A DNA stretch of 42,112 bases from an uncultured Thermoanaerobaculia bacterium (lineage in GTDB: Bacteria; Acidobacteriota; UBA4820; DSQY01), in contig CAZIBS010000004.1 in assembly GCA_964537405.1 (NCBI GenBank), positions 1 through 42,112 on the forward strand, in the 5' to 3' direction. Shown here one piece after another: positions 25,710-35,730 of the stretch. The notes below the pieces were generated by a model. That model was not told the DNA's origin, did not search any database, and worked only from the letters and a program-made list of their open reading frames with translations. Numbering within the stretch: the stretch's first letter is position 1; each line of letters begins with the position of its first letter. A program made the translations under genes and the position numbers.

Positions 25710-27128
25710 ATGCGCGTCCACATGATGGCGATATGCGGAACTGGAATGGGAAGCCTGGCTGGTCTCCTGAAGGCGAGGGGGTTTGAAGTGACCGGCTGCG
25801 ACTCCGCGCTCTATCCTCCCATGAGTGAGGCTTTAACGCGCTACGGAATAGAAGCGCAAACCGGTTTCGACAAATCGCACCTGGATTCCAAGCCGGACCT
25901 CGTAATCATCGGGAACGCGATACACCGAGACAACCCGGAGGCGAAGGCGGCGATAGAGAGGGGAGTAGAGTACCTTTCCATGGCGGAAGCGGTGCGACGC
26001 TTCGCCGTTGATGGGAGGGAAAGCCTCGTTGTCGCGGGAACGCACGGGAAGACGACAACGACGGCCATCGTGGGTTTTCTCCTCAAGGAGGCCGGCCTGG
26101 ATCCGAACGTACTGGTCGGCGGCGTAGTCAGGGGCTGGGAGACTTCCTTCCGGTGGGGAGGGGGTGGGTGGACGGTTCTCGAAGGCGACGAGTACGAGAC
26201 AGCTTTCTTTGACAAGGGACCCAAGTTTCTCCACTACGATCCTTCGATTCTCGTCCTAAACAACATTGAGATGGACCACAGGGACAATTTTGAAAACATG
26301 GGGGAAGTGGAGACGGCTTTTGTGAGGCTCTTCGGGGTTGTGCGCCCGGGTGGGTTGATAATCGCCGGAACAGAGTCGCCGACCGTGGCGAAATTGCTGC
26401 CGATAGCGGGAAGAAGAATTGAGACCTTCGGCCTCTCTGGAGGCGAAGAATGGCGTGCGGAAGCCGTCAATTACGGGGTCAACGCCACTGTCTTCAAGCT
26501 TTGCCACAAGGAAGAGGACCTCGGCGTTTTCGAGAGCCCTCTCTTCGGGCAACACAACCTTCGGAATGTCCTGGCGGCGCTTGCGGCCTCCATAAGTGCC
26601 GGCGCGGACCCCGGCGCGCTGAAGAGCGCCCTTCCGAACTTTGCCGGCGTGAAGAGACGCCAGGAGGTCGTTTACGATGACGGCAGCCTGGCGATAGTCG
26701 ACGACTTCGCCCACCACCCTACGGCCATCGAGGAAACCATCAGGGGATTGAGACAGCGCTACGTCGGAAGAAGGATAGTGGCCTGTTTCGAGCCGCGCTC
26801 TTACACGTGCCGGACGAGGGTTCACCAGAAGGGCCTTCCCGGTGCGCTTTCGCCGGCGGACGAGGTCTTCCTGGGACCCTTCAACCCCCACCCGAAGATT
26901 CCGGAAGACGAGAGACTGGACCTTTCGAAGGTGGCCTCGGAACTAGAGGGGATGGGAGTGGCGACTACGATAATGGATAGCTTTGATGCCTACTATGGTA
27001 TTCTGGACGCCTGCCGTGCCGCTCCGGCTCTTCTTGTTTTTTTCTCGTCCGGTCCCTTCGACGACCTCCCGGCGCGCCTGGCGGCCAGGGCTTCCTTGCT
27101 TAACGGGGGTGTTGTTGGCAGGGACTAG
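25710..27128 (+). CDS. mpl: UDP-N-acetylmuramate:L-alanyl-gamma-D-glutamyl-meso-diaminopimelate ligase (murein peptide ligase)
   Basis: The Mpl-type N-terminus is present (MRVHMMAICGTGMGSLAGLLKARGFEVTGCD), as are the Mur ligase P-loop (GTHGKTTTTAIVGFLL) and the DDFAHHP motif. The GGAGG RBS is 7 nt before ATG 25710. Confidence 0.85.
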   Translation: MRVHMMAICGTGMGSLAGLLKARGFEVTGCDSALYPPMSEALTRYGIEAQTGFDKSHLDSKPDLVIIGNAIHRDNPEAKAAIERGVEYLSMAEAVRRFAVDGRESLVVAGTHGKTTTTAIVGFLLKEAGLDPNVLVGGVVRGWETSFRWGGGGWTVLEGDEYETAFFDKGPKFLHYDPSILVLNNIEMDHRDNFENMGEVETAFVRLFGVVRPGGLIIAGTESPTVAKLLPIAGRRIETFGLSGGEEWRAEAVNYGVNATVFKLCHKEEDLGVFESPLFGQHNLRNVLAALAASISAGADPGALKSALPNFAGVKRRQEVVYDDGSLAIVDDFAHHPTAIEETIRGLRQRYVGRRIVACFEPRSYTCRTRVHQKGLPGALSPADEVFLGPFNPHPKIPEDERLDLSKVASELEGMGVATTIMDSFDAYYGILDACRAAPALLVFFSSGPFDDLPARLAARASLLNGGVVGRD

Positions 27129-27137
27129 GAGCTTTTC

Positions 27138-27851
27138 ATGGAAGTGAAGTGCGCCAACTGCGGGGCGAAGATTCCGCTCAAGGTGGACGTCCCCTTTCTT
27201 TCGTGCCCCTTCTGCGCTTCGACCCTCTACCTTGACCGCTCCCACACCTTTAACCACTATCTTCTGAAACCCTCCATCTCGAAGACGCGAGCCCTGGATC
27301 TCCTCAAAGAGGAGCTGGAGAAGAGGGAACTGTCCCGGCTTCCCGTTCTGGAAACCAGGGGAAAACTTCTCCCTTTTTGGAGAAAACGCGGCGGGGAAAG
27401 TCTTGAAACCATACCGGCTTTTCCGCCGCCCCACCCCGCTCTGGAAGGCTACCACCTTCCCCCCTCCGGCGCGGAACTATACGATGAAGCGCCGGAAGGG
27501 TTTGAAGAGGTTGCCTGTTCGGAGTCCTCTTCGGCCCATTGGGAGAGCGGCGGGGACACCAATGCCTTCAGTCTTTTCCATATTCCCTTCTACGAAATAA
27601 CCACCGGTTCGCACAGGGTTAGGTACACAATTTGGATAGACGCGGTTTCAGGTCGGCTCTTTCTTGACCAGGCGCCGCCTTCGCTGACGGGGAAGATATC
27701 GTCCCGCTTCTGGGGCGCCCTCGTGGTCCTGTTTCTTCTTTTTTTCGGCGAAGCGATCGTGCTTCCGGGAGTATGGGCTTTTGTGGCCGTAGTGGTTACC
27801 GCGGCCGGCGTTTTTCCCCTGCTGGCGAACTTTTTTGAGGGGGGCGGCTGA
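27138..27851 (+). CDS. Uncharacterized zinc-ribbon protein with C-terminal double TM anchor (paralog 1 of 3)
   Basis: It has an N-terminal CxxC-x14-CxxC (CANCGAKIPLKVDVPFLSCPFC) and the motif LLPFWRKRGG. A DAVSGRLFLD beta-hairpin-like motif and two C-terminal TM helices follow. An AGGAG RBS is present. Confidence 0.6.
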   Translation: MEVKCANCGAKIPLKVDVPFLSCPFCASTLYLDRSHTFNHYLLKPSISKTRALDLLKEELEKRELSRLPVLETRGKLLPFWRKRGGESLETIPAFPPPHPALEGYHLPPSGAELYDEAPEGFEEVACSESSSAHWESGGDTNAFSLFHIPFYEITTGSHRVRYTIWIDAVSGRLFLDQAPPSLTGKISSRFWGALVVLFLLFFGEAIVLPGVWAFVAVVVTAAGVFPLLANFFEGGG

Positions 27852-29002
27852 TGGCCGGGCCCAGAGCGTTATCGTGTCCGTCGTGCGGGGGCGCTGTTTT
27901 GCCTCCACTGGGGTCGAGAAAGACCGGGTGCGAATTCTGCGGCAAGGCTTTCTACTACGCGGGCAAAGACTTTCTGCCGCGTTTGGCTCTGCGGTCGAAT
28001 CTCAGCGAGGAAGGGCTTCACGACGTCTGCATGGACCTTTTCAAAGGGCTCGCCGTGCCCGGGGATCTCGCTCGAAGGGCGCTTCTTCTGCAGAAGCACA
28101 GGATGTATCTACCCTTCTACTTTATGACCGGCAAGCGCGGCGGGATTTTGCAGACCAACAAAGAGCGCATCGACCATTCGTGGAAGCCGCTTAGCGTTGT
28201 AGATAGAATGGCGGCCGGTTCGGGAGAAATCTCCGTCAGCCCCGTCCCTCACCGTCGGCCGGAAGTGATCGTGGAAGAGGACAGCAGCGTGGTCCTGGGG
28301 GACTTTCAGTATCTCTACCAGGCCGTTTCGCTTGAAAACTGGAACTTCTCCGACGCCGACCTTGAAGCTTCCGTGCTTTCAAGGCTTGGAGAAGCCAGGC
28401 CCGTAACCCTGGGAGAACTTGTAAAAAGTGGGAAGATAGCGGACGTCTCCATTCCCCTGGAGACGGTCATAGCAAAGGGAGTAGGCACGGGGGGTACGAG
28501 GGCCGGTGCGTTGGAGGTCCTGGAACTCACGGTTGTTGTCGTATACGTTCCCGTGCGGATAGTCACGTTCCGCTACGGACAGGCCATCTTCAACGTGGTA
28601 GTGGAGGAGTTGGAAGGCCGCGTTGTCTCGGGCAGTTTGCCCTTCCGGAGGGGCTGGGCCTTCCTGGGCGGGCTGACTCTCATCGCAGGTTTAGGTTTCT
28701 TTATCGGACAGTTTGCCCGCACCATAATTGAGATGGTTTCCGAAACCCCCGCCCAAGCGAACAGCTATCTCGAAACCGCAAAGATCCTCGGGGTTCTGTG
28801 CGTCGTTATTGCTCTTGTTGCCACGGCCGGATTGAACGCGGCCTGGCTCTTCTTCAGGACGCCTTACTTCCTGAAGCTTACGAGCAAGGGCGGTAGGCTC
28901 GAATCGCCAATAGAGCTTCCCCGCAGTCCTCTCAACCCGGTAAACGCGCTCATCAAAGCATTCTTCAGGCGGGCTTTACCGGTGGAAAGGGGAGACGAAT
29001 GA
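27851..29002 (+). CDS. Uncharacterized zinc-ribbon membrane protein (paralog 2 of 3)
   Basis: Its ATG overlaps the upstream stop (TGATGG). It has CPSCGG-x14-CEFCG and YLPFYFMTGKRGG. An LEGRVVSGSLPF motif and two TM helices follow. Confidence 0.6.
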   Translation: MAGPRALSCPSCGGAVLPPLGSRKTGCEFCGKAFYYAGKDFLPRLALRSNLSEEGLHDVCMDLFKGLAVPGDLARRALLLQKHRMYLPFYFMTGKRGGILQTNKERIDHSWKPLSVVDRMAAGSGEISVSPVPHRRPEVIVEEDSSVVLGDFQYLYQAVSLENWNFSDADLEASVLSRLGEARPVTLGELVKSGKIADVSIPLETVIAKGVGTGGTRAGALEVLELTVVVVYVPVRIVTFRYGQAIFNVVVEELEGRVVSGSLPFRRGWAFLGGLTLIAGLGFFIGQFARTIIEMVSETPAQANSYLETAKILGVLCVVIALVATAGLNAAWLFFRTPYFLKLTSKGGRLESPIELPRSPLNPVNALIKAFFRRALPVERGDE

Positions 29003-29628
29003 TGGTGGAGCGAAAAGAACGCCTTCTCATTCCCCTTACCTGCCCGGAGTGCGGGGACGACCTCGACGGAGGAAACGGCGCCCGTATATACCTCTGCCGT
29101 GAATGCTCCTACGCCCTCTTCATGGAAAGACCGGGGGAGAAGTACCCCGTACGCTACGTAAAGGCGCACGTAAAAGCGGCTTCTCAGAGGGTCTATGTTC
29201 CTTTTTGGAGAGTCACCGGAACCTTCAAGGCGTCGGGCGCGAATAAGAAACAGTCTATCGGATACGGCAGGATACGGTCCCTGGGGCCGCTGTACTTCCC
29301 GGCTTTCTGGAGTCCCAGGCTCGGCTACTTCGATAACCTTACGCTGACCTACTCGAAGGAGGAGGCGAAGATGGCCTTTGAAGAGGGCCGGGACGACGCG
29401 ATTCTCGACGGAATAAGGGACCCGGCCATTCTGACCGAAATGGCGCGCCTTACCTGGCTGGGATACCTCGACCGCTTCAGCGACGTTACGGGCCTGGAAG
29501 GTCGTTACGAAGTCAAGGATATTCTTTACGCGGGAGTCCCCTTCTTTCCTGACGGAGACCATTTTATGGACGGAGTTTCGGGGGTGCGCATTCCTAAAGG
29601 GTTTCTACCCCTCGGAAGCGGCGAATGA
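28999..29628 (+). CDS. Uncharacterized soluble zinc-ribbon protein (paralog 3 of 3)
   Basis: Its ATG overlaps the upstream stop (AATGATGG). It has CPECGD-x13-CRECS, YVPFWRVTG, and a C-terminal DGVSGVRIP motif. No TM segment is present. Confidence 0.6.
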   Translation: MMVERKERLLIPLTCPECGDDLDGGNGARIYLCRECSYALFMERPGEKYPVRYVKAHVKAASQRVYVPFWRVTGTFKASGANKKQSIGYGRIRSLGPLYFPAFWSPRLGYFDNLTLTYSKEEAKMAFEEGRDDAILDGIRDPAILTEMARLTWLGYLDRFSDVTGLEGRYEVKDILYAGVPFFPDGDHFMDGVSGVRIPKGFLPLGSGE

Positions 29629-29719
29629 AGACATTTCTTGATGGAATAGCCCGCGGGTCTGCTCCTGGAGCTGGCTTCGTGAATTGGCACGTTGTTTACG
29701 CTATTGGGAGGAGATGAAT

Positions 29720-31555
29720 ATGGCTGAAATAAAAACGTTGTGCGATCTCTACTTCAACAACGTGGAGAACCTTAAACGTCCGGACCTCCTCACGATGAAG
29801 AAGAAGGGACTGTGGGAGGTGCTGTCAACCGAAGAGGTCGCCGCAACCGTCGAGACCTTTTCCTGCGGGCTGATGGCCCTGGGCGTTAAACCGGGAGACA
29901 AGGTTGTCATTATTTCGGAGGACAGGCCCAAGTGGCTGATAACCGACTACGCGATTCTCACGGCGGGTGCCGTTACCGTTCCCATCTATCCGACGTTGAA
30001 CGCGCCGGACTCGGCCTACATAGTGAATGACAGCGATGCCGAGGTCGCGGTGGTTTCCAACGAGAACCACGCAAACAAGCTGCTGTCGCAAAAGGCGTCT
30101 CTACCGCGGCTGAGGGACATCGTGATCATGGACCCTCCTATCGAAGGCGAAAAGGAACTTGTTCCGTGGGAGCGGGTAATGGAATGGGGCAAAGATTACG
30201 CCCGTCGCAACCCGGGAGTTCACAAGAGCGTTGCCTCGGGGGTCAAAACCGAAACCCTGGCCAGCATCGTTTATACCTCCGGCACCACCGGGAAGCAAAA
30301 GGGGGTCCAACTCGAACACAAGTGTTTCGTGGAAAACTGCCGGGCGGGCCTTGACTACCTGTATGTAGACAAGAACGACAAGGCTTTTGTCTTCCTTCCG
30401 CTGAGTCACGTCTTCGAACGCATGATCGACTACTGCTACTTTTGGAGGGGAGCCAACATCACTTACGTGGAAAACATCGAGGCCCTGCTCGACAACATTG
30501 CCGAGACCAAACCGACGATAATGGCCACCGTTCCGCGCGTTTTTGAAAAGCTCTATGCCGGAATCATGGAGAAGGCCTCCAAGGCATCTCCGGTAAAGAA
30601 GAGGCTTGTTTACTGGAGCTTGAAATCGGCAAGCGACTGGGCCGAGGCCGTCAAGGCCGGCAAGGTCGGCCTTGGCTTGAGGCTGTGCCATTTTTTGGCC
30701 GACCGTCTGGTGCTGAGCAAGATACGCGAACTCCTGGGTGGACGCTTCAGGTTTATCGTCTCCGGAGGTGCTCCCTTGCCGCGCCACCTCGCCGTGCTCT
30801 TCTACGGTTGCGGATTGCCCATCGCAGAAGGCTACGGCCTCACGGAGACCGCGCCTGTAATCTCGGTCAGCCGGATGGGGAAAGGCGGAAAAGATTTCAT
30901 CCGTTTCGGTTCTCCGGGTCGTCCCCTTACGAACGTAGAGGTGCGAATCGCCGAAGATGGCGAACTCTCGGTAAGAGGGCCGAACGTCATGAGCGGTTAC
31001 TACAAGCTGCCCGAAGAAACGGCCGAAGTTCTCTCGGAGGCCGGTTGGCTGGCTACCGGCGATATCGCGCGCCAGGACGAGGATGGTTATATTTACATAA
31101 CGGATAGGAAAAAGGAGATTCTGGTCACGGCCGGAGGCAAGAATGTAGCGCCGCAGCCAATCGAGAACGAAGTGAAGCGCAGCAAGTACGTGACCCAGGT
31201 GGTGCTTATCGGGGACAAGCGTCCCTACATCGCGGCTCTTATCGTGCCCAACTGGGACAACGTCATCGTGTATGCCAGGGAAAAGGGAGTGAACGAGGTT
31301 GATCCGAGAGAACTCAAGAAAAATCCGGTTGTTCATGAACTCTTCAAAGGCGTTGTAGAGCGGGTGAATAAAGACCTTTCGCGCTACGAGCAGATCAAGC
31401 GTTGTACACTCCTGACCAAGGAGTTCAGCCAGGAGGACGGAGAACTTACTCCGACGCTGAAGACGAAGCGCCGGGTTATTGCCGTAAAGTACGCTGATGA
31501 AATAGAATCTCTCTATTCGGCCGAAGGGTATGACAGGGAAGACATCTGCCGCTGA
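29720..31555 (+). CDS. Long-chain-fatty-acid--CoA ligase (AMP-dependent synthetase/ligase)
   Basis: It has the AMP-binding motif I (YTSGTTGKQKGV), motif II (EGYGLTETAP) and TGDIARQDEDGYIYITDRKKE. A GGAGGAG RBS precedes ATG 29720. Confidence 0.85.
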   Translation: MAEIKTLCDLYFNNVENLKRPDLLTMKKKGLWEVLSTEEVAATVETFSCGLMALGVKPGDKVVIISEDRPKWLITDYAILTAGAVTVPIYPTLNAPDSAYIVNDSDAEVAVVSNENHANKLLSQKASLPRLRDIVIMDPPIEGEKELVPWERVMEWGKDYARRNPGVHKSVASGVKTETLASIVYTSGTTGKQKGVQLEHKCFVENCRAGLDYLYVDKNDKAFVFLPLSHVFERMIDYCYFWRGANITYVENIEALLDNIAETKPTIMATVPRVFEKLYAGIMEKASKASPVKKRLVYWSLKSASDWAEAVKAGKVGLGLRLCHFLADRLVLSKIRELLGGRFRFIVSGGAPLPRHLAVLFYGCGLPIAEGYGLTETAPVISVSRMGKGGKDFIRFGSPGRPLTNVEVRIAEDGELSVRGPNVMSGYYKLPEETAEVLSEAGWLATGDIARQDEDGYIYITDRKKEILVTAGGKNVAPQPIENEVKRSKYVTQVVLIGDKRPYIAALIVPNWDNVIVYAREKGVNEVDPRELKKNPVVHELFKGVVERVNKDLSRYEQIKRCTLLTKEFSQEDGELTPTLKTKRRVIAVKYADEIESLYSAEGYDREDICR

Positions 31556-33674
31556 TTCGGCCGGGCGAAGGAAGGCGCCGCGGGCCGATGACGCTTCCCG
31601 GCTGCCCGCGGGACCGTCCGTCCTGAAGCAACTGGCCGCCGCCGGGATAGAAGGGGAGGAGGATTTTCGCTGGTGGCTTCCCTTCCGCTATGAGGACAGG
31701 AGCAATCCCGTCCCCCTCTCTTCCGCCAAGCCCGGAATGACCGCCTGCTTCAGGGTCGGCGTGGCGGCCATCAAGTCGCGCAGTGCCTACGGGCGCGGCG
31801 TCAGCATCACCGAATCGATCGTCAAGGACGCGTCGGGGACGCTACACGTCGTCTGGTTCAACCAGCCGTGGCTCGGCAACTCGTTGAAGCCCGGAACGGA
31901 GGTGTTCCTTTACGGTAAGACCGCCCTTTTTTCGACCAAGGCCGGACTGCGTCTCCAGTTGGAGAATCCGGAAGTCGAGAAGATCAAGGGCGGTAAATTC
32001 GAGGCCGTACACACGAACCGCGTGGCGCCCGTCTACCACAAGGCCGGATCCATGTCGAGCAAGGCCCTGAGAACGCTCTTTTTCCGTTACTTCAAGAAAG
32101 CCATGGTGATAGCGGAAGTTCTTCCGTCCAGCCTCCTCGAGGAAGAGGGCATGATTCCCCGGAACATTGCCTTCCGGGAAGCGCATTTTCCAGGCCCTAC
32201 GGCGAGGATTGAGGAGTTGGAGAGGTATGCTACGCCACCCCAGAAGAGGTTGATTTTTGAAGAACTTCTTGCCTTTCAGTGGGCGCTGGTTCGTTCGCGT
32301 AGTGAGAGGAGGGGATGCAGCGGGGTTGTAATCCAGCCCTTGAAGGAGACGGGCGACCTTCTTAGAAGCGTTCTGCCCTTCAGGTTGACCGGTGCGCAAA
32401 GGCGGACGCTGAGGGAGATAGTAAAAGACCTTGCGGATGACAAGCCCATGTACAGGCTTCTCCACGGAGACGTGGGCAGCGGGAAGACGGTCGTTGCCTT
32501 CCTGGCCATGTTCATGGCGGCTCACCAAGGTTTTCAGGCGGCCTACATGGCACCCACCGAAGTGCTTGCAAACCAGCAGTACCTGAAGCTCAAGGCGTTG
32601 GCGGAAGGCACCGGCGTCTCCGTCGGTTTTCTGAGCGGAGCGGTCACTGGGAAGGCGCGCCGGGAGATTATCGGCGGCCTCAGAAAGGGTTTATTTAAGA
32701 TGATCGTAGGCACCCACAGCCTCTTCCAGGAAGGGGTGGAATACGACCGCCTCGGCCTGGCGGTGATAGACGAGCAACACCGGTTCGGCGTGGAACAGAG
32801 GGCACGACTTGTCGCCAAGGGCGCAAACCCCAACGTACTCATCATGACGGCCACGCCGATACCCCGGAGCCTTGCCATGACCATCTACGGAGACCTTGAC
32901 CTCTCCGTGATAGACGAAATGCCGCCCGGCAGGAAGAGAGTCGCCACCCTGGTCAGGGGTGAATCGTCCCGCCGCCGGATGGAAGCCTTCCTACGCAAGG
33001 AGATGGATGGGGGCGGCCAGGTCTTCTTCGTCTTTCCGCTGGTCGAGGAGTCGGAGGCCGTAGACCTCAAGGCCGCCACGGAGGCCTTCAAACGCTTGAA
33101 GGAGGGCGCATTCAGGGGTTATCCGGCGGCGCTGCTTCACGGCAGGATGAAGGCGAGGGAGAAGGAAGGGGTAATGGCGCGCGTACGCAACGGCGAAGTG
33201 AAGCTCCTCGTGGCGACAACGGTTGTAGAAGTCGGCGTTGACCTGCCCGACGCCTCCGCGATTGTTGTCGAAAACGCCGACCGTTTCGGCCTGGCCCAAC
33301 TTCACCAGCTTCGGGGCCGCGTGGGAAGGAGCGGCCAGAAGGGCTACTGCGTGCTCATACATCCGGAATCCATCCGGCCCGAGGCTCTCAAGCGGCTCGA
33401 GGTGATGGAACAGACCTCGGACGGCTTTGAAATCGCCGAGGCCGACCTCCAATTCAGGGGGCCGGGCGAGTTCGGCGGAACGCGCCAATGGGGCGGCGGG
33501 ACCTTCAAAATAGCCAGCCCCTTGAGGGATCACGAAATACTGAAGCGGGCGAGGAGCTGGGCTGAAAGGCTTGCGCACGACTCTTATCCGTGGGAAGGTG
33601 ATGAGAAGGAGGTGTTCGAAAAATGGGTCGAAAAGTGGCTCGCTACCTGGGGTTCCTACGGAAGGATTGGCTAA
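31530..33674 (+). CDS. recG: ATP-dependent DNA helicase RecG
   Basis: It has the N-terminal wedge region (WWLPFRYEDRS), Walker A (GDVGSGKTVVA), a DEQH box (VIDEQHRFGV) and the motif VI region. The start is uncertain; the ORF overlaps the upstream gene by 26 bp. Confidence 0.85.
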   Translation: MTGKTSAADSAGRRKAPRADDASRLPAGPSVLKQLAAAGIEGEEDFRWWLPFRYEDRSNPVPLSSAKPGMTACFRVGVAAIKSRSAYGRGVSITESIVKDASGTLHVVWFNQPWLGNSLKPGTEVFLYGKTALFSTKAGLRLQLENPEVEKIKGGKFEAVHTNRVAPVYHKAGSMSSKALRTLFFRYFKKAMVIAEVLPSSLLEEEGMIPRNIAFREAHFPGPTARIEELERYATPPQKRLIFEELLAFQWALVRSRSERRGCSGVVIQPLKETGDLLRSVLPFRLTGAQRRTLREIVKDLADDKPMYRLLHGDVGSGKTVVAFLAMFMAAHQGFQAAYMAPTEVLANQQYLKLKALAEGTGVSVGFLSGAVTGKARREIIGGLRKGLFKMIVGTHSLFQEGVEYDRLGLAVIDEQHRFGVEQRARLVAKGANPNVLIMTATPIPRSLAMTIYGDLDLSVIDEMPPGRKRVATLVRGESSRRRMEAFLRKEMDGGGQVFFVFPLVEESEAVDLKAATEAFKRLKEGAFRGYPAALLHGRMKAREKEGVMARVRNGEVKLLVATTVVEVGVDLPDASAIVVENADRFGLAQLHQLRGRVGRSGQKGYCVLIHPESIRPEALKRLEVMEQTSDGFEIAEADLQFRGPGEFGGTRQWGGGTFKIASPLRDHEILKRARSWAERLAHDSYPWEGDEKEVFEKWVEKWLATWGSYGRIG

Positions 33675-35215
33675 GGTTTCCCTTGGCCCTCGCGGCGGGG
33701 GTTATCCTGTGGGCCCTGTCGCTCCCTCCATACGGCTTTGGAATCCTTGCAATAGTTGCCTTCATTCCCCCTCTCACGGTGTTACCGGACGAGACCCCTG
33801 GAAGAGTGGCGGCGTGGGGTTGGCTCGGCGGAGCCGCGTGGGAGTTTGTCACGCTCTGGTGGTTGATCCCAACGCTGACCAACTACGGCGCCATCTCCCT
33901 ACCGGTTGCCACGCTCCTTATCCTGGGAATGTGCGCCGTACTCGGTCTTTACATGGCCGGCTTCCTCGGCCTCCTCTGCGCCATAACGAAGAGAAGGGGA
34001 GAGGGCGCGCTACTCCTGGCGCCGTTCCTGTGGGTTCTCTGGGAGTGGCTGAGGGGCCACCTCTTCACCGGCTTCCCGTGGTGGGGGCCGGGCTACGGGC
34101 TCAGCGTCTACCAAGCCTTCCTGCAAACCACGAGGATCGCCGGCATTCTTGGTCTCTCGTTTCTGGCCGTCGGTACCGCCTCGGCCGTTGCACTCTACCT
34201 TCGCGAGAGAACCCACCCCGCCGCACTTGTCGGCGTGCCGGTATTCCTCGTGCTGCTCCTCACCGCCTTTATCTGGGGGGCGTGGCAGGATGGTCGGCCG
34301 ATAACGCCGAAACCCGAAGAAAGGGTCGGCTACCTCCAGCCCAATATACCGCAGGATCAGAAGTGGAACCACACCTACGCCGAAGCTACGATGCAAAGGT
34401 TCGAAAACCTCTCCCTGGCCTTCAAACACTACCGCTTGAAACTCCTCGTCTGGCCCGAATCGAGCACTCCCTTCGAATGGGACGAGGACCAGACCTTCCG
34501 CGACAGGGTGATGAAGATTGCGCGCGCCGACGATGCACCCATCCTGCTGGGAACCGTCACGGACTCCGGCAAGGGCTATCAGAACTCCGCGATTCTTCTT
34601 ATGCCGGACGGCAAAGTCGCCGGGCGCTACGCCAAGATCCACCTGGTGCCCTTCGGAGAGTATGTTCCACTCCGAAGGTGGCTCTTCTTCGCCAGGCCCA
34701 TCGTCGATACCATAGGAGACTTTGTTCCCGGCAAAGAGGGGGCGCCGCTTCAGACACCCGCCGGCAAGGTCGGGGTTACCATCTGCTACGAGGGAATCTT
34801 TCCGGAACTCGTACGGCGTAAGGTGCGGGCAGGGGCGGAACTCCTCGTCAACATGACCAACGACGCATGGTACAAAGGTACGCCTGGGCCGGTCCAGCAC
34901 TTTCTCATGGAGAGGGTCAGGGCCGTGGAGACCGACCGCTACCTCATTCGCAGCGCCAACGAAGGCGTCAGCGGCATTGTTGATCCTCGCGGGCGCCTCG
35001 AAAGTACCACTCCACCCAATACCGCGGCCTCCTTTTGGGGCCTGGTGGAGCCGAGGCGTACAGAAACCCTATGGACGCGCATCGGCGACTTCTGGCTTTT
35101 CATCCCCCTCCTCGTAGTTCTTGCCGCCTTCCTTCCCGGACGAAGGCACCAGGGGTGGGGAAGGACCGGCCCTCCCCGTTTCAGAAAATGCTTTTTTTCC
35201 AGGGAGAAACACTAA
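33623..35215 (+). CDS. lnt: Apolipoprotein N-acyltransferase
   Basis: It has a multi-TM N-terminal half and a CN-hydrolase domain (KLLVWPESSTPFEWDED ... AILLMPDGKVAGRYAKIHLVPFGEYVP ... TICYEGIFPEL ... LLVNMTNDAWY). The start is ambiguous, overlapping recG by 52 bp. Its last 25 nt coincide with a short interspersed motif. Confidence 0.8.
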   Translation: MGRKVARYLGFLRKDWLRFPLALAAGVILWALSLPPYGFGILAIVAFIPPLTVLPDETPGRVAAWGWLGGAAWEFVTLWWLIPTLTNYGAISLPVATLLILGMCAVLGLYMAGFLGLLCAITKRRGEGALLLAPFLWVLWEWLRGHLFTGFPWWGPGYGLSVYQAFLQTTRIAGILGLSFLAVGTASAVALYLRERTHPAALVGVPVFLVLLLTAFIWGAWQDGRPITPKPEERVGYLQPNIPQDQKWNHTYAEATMQRFENLSLAFKHYRLKLLVWPESSTPFEWDEDQTFRDRVMKIARADDAPILLGTVTDSGKGYQNSAILLMPDGKVAGRYAKIHLVPFGEYVPLRRWLFFARPIVDTIGDFVPGKEGAPLQTPAGKVGVTICYEGIFPELVRRKVRAGAELLVNMTNDAWYKGTPGPVQHFLMERVRAVETDRYLIRSANEGVSGIVDPRGRLESTTPPNTAASFWGLVEPRRTETLWTRIGDFWLFIPLLVVLAAFLPGRRHQGWGRTGPPRFRKCFFSREKH

Positions 35216-35289
35216 GGGTCTGCCATGGAACAACTGTCATATGCTGCCCGCCGATCCATCCCGCTTGGCCGTGTTGCTCCTCCTTCGTA

Positions 35290-35730
35290 CAAGGGATTTT
35301 CCGTAGGAGGGGCTTACAGCCCCGAATTGGTTGATGGAGGTTCGCGGCAGGATGCCCCTCCTACAACAAGATTGTGATTCGTTTTGTTGAAACAACATCC
35401 CGCCGCGGATTAGTAAGGCAAACCCCATTGTCAAGACCCTTTTCTCCGAGAAACGTGGTATACAATCCGCACCTCCTTCCATTGAGCGAGTGAAGCCGGG
35501 TGAGCAGGTGGGTGTATATCATGGTGGTTTCACATCACCGTGGCAGCGGGGTTCCTGGACCTTCGGGATATCCTGCCGCTTCTTTCAGGTTCCACTCCTC
35601 CTTTACCTTCATTATCTTACGCCTCTTCCGGTGGGAAGCAAGCCCCCTGGTCCCGGAAGCCCGGTCGCCATCCAGCCGTCCGATTCCCGACGAGTTGGAA
35701 TGACGGCTTTCCCCTGTCATTCCGGCAAGC
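35290..35730. repeat. Second BIME-like hairpin-repeat cluster (lnt-rpmB intergenic)
   Basis: GTAGGAGGGGCTTACAGCCCCGAATTGG ... TCGCGGCAGGATGCCCCTCCTAC (35292-35353) has 10-bp outer inverted arms and matches 12195-12290. GGAATGACGGCTTTCCCCTGTCATTCCGGCAAGCGGAGCACGTCCG (35690-35735) is the inverted counterpart of 12336-12366. Confidence 0.7.

Noticed and set aside
30101-31336. A 411-aa minus-strand ORF
   Set aside because: It is antisense to the acyl-CoA ligase gene, which carries canonical AMP-binding motifs.
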